A stretch of DNA of 64,000 nucleotides from a virus, in IMG/VR virus record IMGVR_UViG_3300042197_002234, positions 32,001-96,000 of that record; one strand, given 5' to 3'. Under the pieces are notes generated by a model that saw nothing but the letters and a program-made list of their open reading frames with translations, had not been told where the DNA came from and searched no databases. Every line of letters starts with the position of its first letter. The stretch's first letter is position 1. A program made the position numbers and the translations under genes. Positions 57,329 to 64,000 of this stretch are shown piece after piece.

Positions 57329-57538
57329 TTATTCTATCACCTCATCAATTTTACTTTCAACAATGGCTGTGATTCTCCAATCTTGAGTGTAGTTTTCGTA
57401 AACTTTAGTTACTTTAGCCTCAACGTCAGTAGGACTATAACCCCTAACCAATTTTTCTTCTCTTAATTTTTTAATTTTTCCTGATTGGTCATCAACCATA
57501 TCAGTTGTGATTTTTGCTACAAAATACTTTTCGTCCAT
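57329..57538 (-). CDS. Hypothetical small protein in the head module
   Basis: 69-aa ORF between the protease and scaffold genes. Confidence 0.7.
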   Translation of the reverse strand: MDEKYFVAKITTDMVDDQSGKIKKLREEKLVRGYSPTDVEAKVTKVYENYTQDWRITAIVESKIDEVIE

Positions 57539-57548
57539 AATATAATTT

Positions 57549-58271
57549 TTAATATCCCAAATAATCGGTTAATCTTTTCATTAAGTCAATAGATTTGTCT
57601 GTAGCTCCACCAGTTTGTTTTTGCATTTTCATTTTATTTTCTTCCTCAATATTTTCTTCAAAGTTAAATCTTTCTTCAGGTTGACTAAATAAATAAGCTC
57701 CAGGTGTTGATGGTGAAGATACCAAGTCAAAACATATTAATTCAAAATCGTCTTGTACTTCATTTTGTTCACCAACTTTTTTAAGTGAACCAACACCACG
57801 AGATGATATACCTAATGTTACACCTTGTCTTAAGTAATTAGCTGCCATGTCCCCCTTAGTAGAAACAATACCTCTTTCATGGAACCCTGGTGAAGTTAAT
57901 AATTTTAGCTTACCCATCAATACAGGCCCGTCCCACCAAATATCGGTTATTATGTGAGATACTCTATCCAAGTCTATAAGAGAAGATTCAGGGTGGTTTA
58001 ACTCAGAAAGAGCCGTTCCTTTTTGAATCATCTTTTTATAATTGTCAGCCTCTCTTTTTAATATACGTTCAGGGTATATTCTACCATTTCTGTTTGGGGT
58101 ATTATACTTTTGTAACACCGCGTAGAATTCAAAAGGTTTGGAATGGTCTAACATTGCTTTAGACTCCATAATAAATTGATTGTTTTCTTCTTTTGGATTA
58201 ATAAATCCCGCATCATATTCAATCAAAATACCTTTACCACTCTCATGAGGTTTTAATATTTTCAAATCCAT
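57549..58271 (-). CDS. gp21: Prohead core protease, T4 gp21-like
   Basis: NRNGRIYP, ELNHPE (catalytic His), GISSRGVGS (catalytic Ser), FDLVSSPS. Confidence 0.95.
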   Translation of the reverse strand: MDLKILKPHESGKGILIEYDAGFINPKEENNQFIMESKAMLDHSKPFEFYAVLQKYNTPNRNGRIYPERILKREADNYKKMIQKGTALSELNHPESSLIDLDRVSHIITDIWWDGPVLMGKLKLLTSPGFHERGIVSTKGDMAANYLRQGVTLGISSRGVGSLKKVGEQNEVQDDFELICFDLVSSPSTPGAYLFSQPEERFNFEENIEEENKMKMQKQTGGATDKSIDLMKRLTDYLGY

Positions 58272-58296
58272 GTTTAATATTTTTATTTAATAAATA

Positions 58297-58767
58297 TCAA
58301 AGATTTGCTATTTGTAGTGTTTCATTATTTGGATTACCTTTTTTTGTCAAATAAAATTTAAAATACTCATTGTTGTAAAAGACTTCATCAAATATGTTAT
58401 TAGCGATTTTTTTAAGTGAATCTTTAATTTCTTTTGATTTGAAATCCTTATCGTCTTTAATTAAGTAAAAATTGATTTCTAAGTTCATAAATGATTTTTT
58501 ACCTAATGAAATTCCACTTGACCTTAAATCTAAATCTACAATAAATTTTTCTTCAAAAAGATTGTTATTAACGGAATCTAATGTTGCGTGTTTTATCGCC
58601 CTGCTCATGTTTAGTACTACTCTATTCCAATTTTCGTACTCATCGATGGGTTCTACCCAAGTTTGGATGTTTAAATAAATTGATTTTAACTTTACTGAAT
58701 CTACTGTACCATAGGTTATTTTTGCAAAGTTATTTGTTTGAATTTTTGAGGTTTTCCCCTTTTTCAT
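58297..58767 (-). CDS. Hypothetical protein
   Basis: 156-aa ORF in the head module. Confidence 0.7.
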   Translation of the reverse strand: MKKGKTSKIQTNNFAKITYGTVDSVKLKSIYLNIQTWVEPIDEYENWNRVVLNMSRAIKHATLDSVNNNLFEEKFIVDLDLRSSGISLGKKSFMNLEINFYLIKDDKDFKSKEIKDSLKKIANNIFDEVFYNNEYFKFYLTKKGNPNNETLQIANL

Positions 58768-58845
58768 TTGTCTTCATATTTTCCCTGTTTATTTTTTTAA
58801 TAATAATAGGTATATTTAGAGTTATAGTCAAAAAACTAATAAATT

Positions 58846-58852
58846 GAAAGGA
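58846..58852 (+). promoter_or_regulatory. Shine-Dalgarno sequence of rpsU
   Basis: GAAAGGA lies 5 nt before the ATG and is complementary to the UCCUUUC at the Bacteroidota 16S 3' end (recalled). Confidence 0.6.
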
Positions 58853-58857
58853 AATAT

Positions 58858-59052
58858 ATGATTATTGTAAAAGTAGACAAAAATTCTAATTTGGAAAAGG
58901 CCTTAAAAGTTTACAAAAGTAAAATTATTAAGACAAGACAACTTTCTGAAATTAATAACAGAAAAGAGTTTGTTAAAAAATCGGTTAAGAGAAGACAACA
59001 GATTTTAAAGGCTAAATACGTACAAAAAACATTTAAATCAAATAACGATTAA
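58858..59052 (+). CDS. rpsU: Ribosomal protein bS21
   Basis: 64 aa, LEKALKVYKSK...RKEFVKKSVKRR...KAKY, matching the bS21 ALKRF...R-x-x-F-x-K-P-S pattern of Bacteroidota type. Confidence 0.9.
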   Translation: MIIVKVDKNSNLEKALKVYKSKIIKTRQLSEINNRKEFVKKSVKRRQQILKAKYVQKTFKSNND

Positions 59053-59768
59053 ATATTTTCGTTTAGACCTTTTAATTTAAAATATGATAATTTATCGTAT
59101 TTTTCAGAAATAACTTTTGATAAAGTTTCATCAATTTTTGATTTAGTACTTTTATCAATTGTTTCATTTTTTAAGTTTGTTAATTTTGTAACAACACTTT
59201 CTTTAATAGTTTCAAACTCACTGACATATTTTGAATCGTCCTCTGATAAAATTTTAATTAATTCTTTTTTGTCAGATTCATTTAGAGATTCTATGTAATT
59301 ACTAATAGTCTTATTAGCTAAATTAACCATAGAACTAATTGGGATTAAAGGTGTTTCAGACTTAGTTAAAGGTTTTTTCTTAAGTGTTTCCGAAATAAGT
59401 CTTCGGCTTTCAAGTCTAGACTCAATCATTAAAACATTATTTGAAAATAAATTATCAATATTTTTATATTGGTTTTCAACTATAGTGTTTTTAACCCAAT
59501 TCTTAATTTTATTAACATCACTTTCATTTATTTTATTTACGGTATTTTCATATACAGTAATACACTCATTGATGTAATCAAAAACTAAATTATTATCAAT
59601 ACCTTTGTTAGATGATAAATTATCGTACAAATAGTAAATTTTAGAAATATTTTTATTTTCTAAAACATACTTTTTAAAGTTTTTTAGTTCTTCTTTAAGG
59701 GTACCTTTTTTATACGATTCTAATAAGGTATTTTCTATTCTTGATTTTAATATTCCGAAATTCATCAT
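59049..59768 (-). CDS. Hypothetical head-associated protein
   Basis: 239-aa helical ORF directly after the portal gene; TATTTAT at 59780-59786. Confidence 0.7.
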   Translation of the reverse strand: MMNFGILKSRIENTLLESYKKGTLKEELKNFKKYVLENKNISKIYYLYDNLSSNKGIDNNLVFDYINECITVYENTVNKINESDVNKIKNWVKNTIVENQYKNIDNLFSNNVLMIESRLESRRLISETLKKKPLTKSETPLIPISSMVNLANKTISNYIESLNESDKKELIKILSEDDSKYVSEFETIKESVVTKLTNLKNETIDKSTKSKIDETLSKVISEKYDKLSYFKLKGLNENI

Positions 59769-59786
59769 TGTTTTTAATTATAAATA

Positions 59787-61592
59787 TCAATCTCTTAATA
59801 TTTTACTTAATTGAGCTTCTATTTCACCCAAAGAATTTCTTGCTTTCGACAAGTCAATATAATCCTCAGCGTGTAACAAATCATCACTTTCTAATAAAAT
59901 ATTCAAATTATCTCTTTTTACAGATTCAGGCGTTATCTCGCCGCCACCTTCAGATGGTGGAGGAGGTGGTGGCATTTCACCACCCATTTCGCCGCCTGGA
60001 GGTGGTGGTGGAGCCGCAGCCGCGTTAGCGGTATCACCTGTTTTAGAGCCGTAAAGTTTGTCAATATTGTCAAAAACACCTGTGTGACTAATAATTGTTG
60101 CGGTATTTGTAAGTTCCGCACCTACAGCTTTTTCAATTCTCTGTTGTTGTAAATCAAGTTTGATTTCTTCGTCTGAGAAACCTAATACGTGTTTTTTAGC
60201 CCAAGTAACAGAAACTGGTGCAATACCTTCAATTGCGGTAACAGCATCTTTATATAATAAAATTTTTTCTTTCCAAACTTCAATTTTTAATAAATCAGCT
60301 TGAGTTGACGGATTGGTTAATGCTAATGTAAAATTAGATAATTCATCTTCAAAACCTAATAAAAATAAATGAATGATTGCGATTTTATTTAATTCCGCTA
60401 TCATACATTTTTGTATTCTATTAATAGTTCTTGCGAAACGAATATCCATTAATGATAAATTTTTACCATCACCAACAGGTTCTTCAAATCCTAAAAACGC
60501 TTTAGGAACACGAAGAGCCGTTAACAATTTCTTTTGGATGTACTCGATGTCGGCAATCTCCGCTAAATTCTGAGCTCCAGGTAATGTATCGATTGGGCTT
60601 GGAGCTGCGGGGTCTCTAACTGGAATAAAATAATCTTGGTCAACCGCCATTTGATTAAATCTCATGTCAACATTTCCTGTTTTAGAATCAACAACTTGGT
60701 CTCTTTTAAATTTATTTGCAACACGTTGTACATATGGTTCAACATCTTTGTCGTCCATGTTTCCAACATATACTTTAAACACTCTTCTTTCAGGAGCCCT
60801 TGATGTTCTATAAATTAACATCGCGTCTTCAGATAATAAAAGTTGTTTCCAAATACGTCTGGCTTTTTCTAACATAGATGTACCATATGGAAGTTTTCTG
60901 TCATCACCCAACAATCTAAAATGAGCTATTTCCCAAGAATTAAATTCCATATCCTTGGCTTTCCATTTAAATCTTAAACCTTTGTTTTCAACAGGTTCTT
61001 CAACGTTAGCTGATTTAGCCGCCATACCTCTTTCAAGACGTTCAATCTCGATATTTGGTAATTGCATGCACCCAACAACACCCTTGTCAGAATCTAATTT
61101 TAAATAAACAAAGTTATCTCCATACTTACAAGTGTTTCTTGTCCACATTGGTAAGTTTGTATTAATGTCTAAAACATTATTAAATAAATCAACAAGAATT
61201 GATTTAATACGTTTTGACTCTGAATAGATTTGTAACATATAACCATTTTGGTCAACAGTTGTTGATTCTTCTCCGTAAATGTCTAATGCAGCGGAAATCT
61301 CAGGGGTATACTCCATAGATTCGTAATCGTAGAACGAAGCTAAACGAGTCGGTTCATAATAAACGGCTTGTGTATATAAATTACTTTCAATTTTAGTCCA
61401 CTGATTAGCAAGATAATAAGTTTGTTGAGCCTGCAATTTTTGCATCTCATACTCTTGTTTGGATGTAGTTCTAAGTAATTCTTTTTTATCTAATTTATAG
61501 GTTGGGTAGTCCTGCTTCAATAATGAATTAGGACCAAAGGCTTGGGACAACCTTTGCCAAACTGTAAATTGATTATTTTGATTATTTTCCAT
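59787..61592 (-). CDS. gp20: Portal protein, T4 gp20-like
   Basis: EDAMLIYRTSRAPERRVFKV, DYFIPVR, IDTLPG, IEYIQKKLLTALRVPK. Confidence 0.95.
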   Translation of the reverse strand: MENNQNNQFTVWQRLSQAFGPNSLLKQDYPTYKLDKKELLRTTSKQEYEMQKLQAQQTYYLANQWTKIESNLYTQAVYYEPTRLASFYDYESMEYTPEISAALDIYGEESTTVDQNGYMLQIYSESKRIKSILVDLFNNVLDINTNLPMWTRNTCKYGDNFVYLKLDSDKGVVGCMQLPNIEIERLERGMAAKSANVEEPVENKGLRFKWKAKDMEFNSWEIAHFRLLGDDRKLPYGTSMLEKARRIWKQLLLSEDAMLIYRTSRAPERRVFKVYVGNMDDKDVEPYVQRVANKFKRDQVVDSKTGNVDMRFNQMAVDQDYFIPVRDPAAPSPIDTLPGAQNLAEIADIEYIQKKLLTALRVPKAFLGFEEPVGDGKNLSLMDIRFARTINRIQKCMIAELNKIAIIHLFLLGFEDELSNFTLALTNPSTQADLLKIEVWKEKILLYKDAVTAIEGIAPVSVTWAKKHVLGFSDEEIKLDLQQQRIEKAVGAELTNTATIISHTGVFDNIDKLYGSKTGDTANAAAAPPPPPGGEMGGEMPPPPPPSEGGGEITPESVKRDNLNILLESDDLLHAEDYIDLSKARNSLGEIEAQLSKILRD

Positions 61593-61629
61593 ATTAAAAA
61601 TTTAATCTCAATTAATAATAATTAAATAG

Positions 61630-61791
61630 TTAGGTTCTTTTAATCTTATTAATGTTAATGTCATTATTTGGTTTCTGTTCATTTATTGTGTTATCACCAC
61701 CAGGTTTTACATTACTAACACCTTGTCCTGTAACATTTAATTTACTACCGTTAATAATATTTCTCGATTTTTTTCTCTGAACAAATCCCAT
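61630..61791 (-). CDS. 53-aa hypothetical protein missed by the ORF track (MGFVQRKKSRNIING...INKIKRT)
   Basis: Fills the terminase-portal gap; its own TATTTAT motif lies 13 nt upstream (61805-61811). Confidence 0.55.
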   Translation of the reverse strand: MGFVQRKKSRNIINGSKLNVTGQGVSNVKPGGDNTINEQKPNNDININKIKRT

Positions 61792-61811
61792 ATTAGTTTT
61801 TATTATAAATA

Positions 61812-63581
61812 TTATCTAACCCCAAATAACCAACCATACTTATGATAATCTTCTTTTGTAAAATTTTGACCACCAAACTGCCTAATCCTATCGTTGTTAT
61901 TTGGTATAACAGGATTAAAACTTAAAGCCTCTCTTGATTGTTCATTAGTGTTTACTGACCAAGACTCAATCATCGCTTTAGTGTGTTCAGTAACTTTTGT
62001 TAGACTAGCAAATGATGATTCGGCAACATAGGTCGCCATCGCTATTGACATAATTAAGTCATCATGTCGTCCTTTTTGGTGGTCTGGTCTACCATTAATG
62101 TAAACAAAAGTGTCCATTTCATTATATAAACGTGTACTATAAATTCTAAAACTATGTCTCATAGCTTCTTCATATGAAGATATAATTTGGACTCGTTTGT
62201 TGTTAAAATTTATTCCTGGTATTTTTTCTAAAGCCTTTGGGTCGTATTTCCATTTATTTGCGGTATCAACACCATCAATATATAAATCTCTATAACCCAT
62301 TTCTTGTAATTTTCTTGATGTTGAGACTCCCATACCGCCAGTTATATCGACAACAATAAACGCATTGTACATACTACCCCATTTATAACATATTTCAGCC
62401 ATTGTGTCGGGTGGTAATTTACCCACAAATTCAGCAACCTGTTCTCTTTCATCAAAATCAATAATTTGAAATGAACTAAAGTCTTCACTATCTCCACGAC
62501 TAACGTCAACCCCCATAACATATTTGTGACCCAAAACAGGTTCCTTCCAAATCCAAAGTGAGTTAGAAACCATTTTGTTTTGTGGTTCTTTTAACATGTT
62601 TTCTTTTATGTTTTGCATTAATTTAGAATCAAAAACATTGTCACCTGAACCTAAAAAGTTACACTCTAATTCCTGAGAAACTTTTCTTTTATCGTATTTA
62701 AGTTTTTTAACCATTGCTTCAAACCAAGATGAACATGGTTTGTACCCCATTGATATTAAAGACTTAACCTCATTAAAATCTCTATTATTAATAGGAATGT
62801 GTTCCCAACTAATATTAGTTTTTAAATCATATTCTTCTTTGTTTAACAAATAGTGAACAATATCGTCAGTTTTTACAAAATATAAATCTTTAGTGTATCG
62901 TGGGTCTCGGTACCAATACATTTCAGAAATTCTGAAATCATTCATATTTCTTAGTGATTGGTCATAAATTTCATAATAAATTGCGTCGTGTCCGTTTGGC
63001 GTTGATATTACAATAACTTTACCTCCAGTAGATAGAGACGCCATACAAGCCGCCCAAAAGTCACTATCGGCTTCAATAAACGCAGCTTCGTCAAATACAA
63101 GTATTGTTGGTGTAAAACCTCTTAAAGCGTCTTTAGATGTTGCCACGGCTTTCACCTCACAACCGTTATTTAACTTATAGTGTTTTTGAGAATTTTTTTC
63201 AGGTGCAAAATCAATACCAACCCAAGAAGGCCACTGACCTACAAAAGCTCTAATTTTATTGGCCATCTCTAAAGACGTGTCCAATTTATTAGCAATAATT
63301 AGAATTTTTTCAGGTTTTGATTTTTTAGCGAATGCTAATTTTTTTGAAATCCATGCCGCGGTAACTGTTGAAACTCCAGCCTGACGATATTTTAACGCAA
63401 TATTTTCATTGTATTTTTCATAATCACTTAACAATGAAAGTTGGTCGGGAAATAACTCTAATGGTACGTATTTGGATACCGTGTTGTCGTAAGTTTCTAA
63501 ATAAGTTTTAAGTGCGTAATGATTGTCTTTTTGACATTTTACATATTCTATTAAAACTTGTTCTTTTGTAAGATTACTCAT
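61812..63581 (-). CDS. terL: Terminase large subunit, T4 gp17-like
   Basis: LKYRQAGVST Walker A variant, LVFDEAAF Walker B, ISTPNG, nuclease GVDVSRGDSEDFS, HDDLIMS. Confidence 0.95.
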   Translation of the reverse strand: MSNLTKEQVLIEYVKCQKDNHYALKTYLETYDNTVSKYVPLELFPDQLSLLSDYEKYNENIALKYRQAGVSTVTAAWISKKLAFAKKSKPEKILIIANKLDTSLEMANKIRAFVGQWPSWVGIDFAPEKNSQKHYKLNNGCEVKAVATSKDALRGFTPTILVFDEAAFIEADSDFWAACMASLSTGGKVIVISTPNGHDAIYYEIYDQSLRNMNDFRISEMYWYRDPRYTKDLYFVKTDDIVHYLLNKEEYDLKTNISWEHIPINNRDFNEVKSLISMGYKPCSSWFEAMVKKLKYDKRKVSQELECNFLGSGDNVFDSKLMQNIKENMLKEPQNKMVSNSLWIWKEPVLGHKYVMGVDVSRGDSEDFSSFQIIDFDEREQVAEFVGKLPPDTMAEICYKWGSMYNAFIVVDITGGMGVSTSRKLQEMGYRDLYIDGVDTANKWKYDPKALEKIPGINFNNKRVQIISSYEEAMRHSFRIYSTRLYNEMDTFVYINGRPDHQKGRHDDLIMSIAMATYVAESSFASLTKVTEHTKAMIESWSVNTNEQSREALSFNPVIPNNNDRIRQFGGQNFTKEDYHKYGWLFGVR

Positions 63582-63587
63582 AATTTA

Positions 63588-64000
63588 TTAGTTTCTTGAG
63601 ATACCCAAGCCACCTAATAAATCATCAAGGTCATCATCGTCCATACCATAATCATCTTTATCTAGCGCTGTTTCAGCCTCATATTGACGTAACTCTTGAA
63701 TAATTTCATTAACCATTCTTTGTATAAACTGAGCCCCTTGAGGGTTGCCTGAAAGTATTAATTTAGCAATTCTGAAAAATTCTTCAGCCGAAAGTTTAGA
63801 AAATCTCATAAATAAATAATGTTGTATATGTTTTTTGTCTTCGTCAAAAAGTTCTGCGGGATAAGCCTCTGTAAATTTTTCCCAAAATATAGGACCTAAT
63901 CTCATGTCCCATATTTCAGCAGGTAAAGTGTCTTCAGCCCCCATAACCATTTCGGCTTGTCTTGGGTCATCAGGTAGTCCATGTGTACCAAACACTTCAT
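63588..64000 (-). CDS. Partial hypothetical protein (starts beyond the window end)
   Basis: The track start at 63995 is a GTG inside a frame that stays open to the window edge. Acidic C-terminus. Confidence 0.7.
   Translation of the reverse strand, partial: EVFGTHGLPDDPRQAEMVMGAEDTLPAEIWDMRLGPIFWEKFTEAYPAELFDEDKKHIQHYLFMRFSKLSAEEFFRIAKLILSGNPQGAQFIQRMVNEIIQELRQYEAETALDKDDYGMDDDDLDDLLGGLGISRN

Noticed and set aside
1114-60573. Short antisense or overlapping ORFs in the track (e.g. 1114-1332, 5083-5295, 22290-22763, 40759-41061, 56737-57189, 58581-58847)
   Set aside because: They lie wholly within better-supported genes on the other strand or frame, and show no motifs.
53669-63581. Introns or inteins in terminase, portal or capsid genes
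   Set aside because: The ORFs are continuous. No intein C/S...HN ends or LAGLIDADG blocks were seen, and the MCP insertion lacks splicing motifs.
1-64000. Alternative genetic code (TAG or TGA recoding) as in some large phages
   Set aside because: Core genes (terminase, portal, protease, MCP) are intact in the standard code. TGA ends several coupled genes, and the one TAG stop seen (52886) gives no useful extension.
1-64000. tRNA, rRNA, integrase or IS elements
   Set aside because: No cloverleaf or T-loop signatures, rRNA-like tracts, transposase or recombinase motifs were recognised by eye. A tRNAscan/Infernal run would be needed to exclude divergent RNAs.

Overview
This window is a 64 kb segment of a large, AT-rich, T4-like (gp17/gp20/gp21/gp22/gp23) bacteriophage read in the standard genetic code. 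The host is most likely a member of Bacteroidota. Evidence for this is the TTTG-N19-TAnnTTTG promoters, a Bacteroidota-type bS21, A-rich leaders without Shine-Dalgarno sequences, and a signal peptide cleaved before Gln. Layout from start to end: (i) 1-8734 glycosylation island 1, with methyltransferases, multidomain glycosyltransferases and a GT4 fused to an Aah/TibC-type protein O-glycosyltransferase; (ii) 8764-21838, minus strand, a 3343-aa proline-free (Gly-X-Y)n Ser/Thr protein and a Cys/Pro-Thr-rich LamG-like protein; (iii) 21889-24489 small proteins including a stand-alone WYL domain; (iv) 25328-38749 glycosylation island 2, with GTs, a short DegT-type aminotransferase, WbqC, an acetyltransferase, a beta-propeller protein and a PhyH dioxygenase, interleaved with a 3'-5' exonuclease, dUTPase and PhoH; (v) a gp55-like sigma factor and baseplate-type genes; (vi) proteins with (I/L)-x-E-rich leaders carrying OmpA-like, peptidoglycan-binding and annexin-like domains, plus a candidate structured small RNA; (vii) the head and packaging module with an embedded, oppositely oriented rpsU (bS21). 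The leading hypothesis is a phage-encoded protein O-glycosylation system whose acceptor is the giant Gly/Ser/Thr fibre, giving a phage glycocalyx. All family assignments come from motif recognition by eye; no database search was run.
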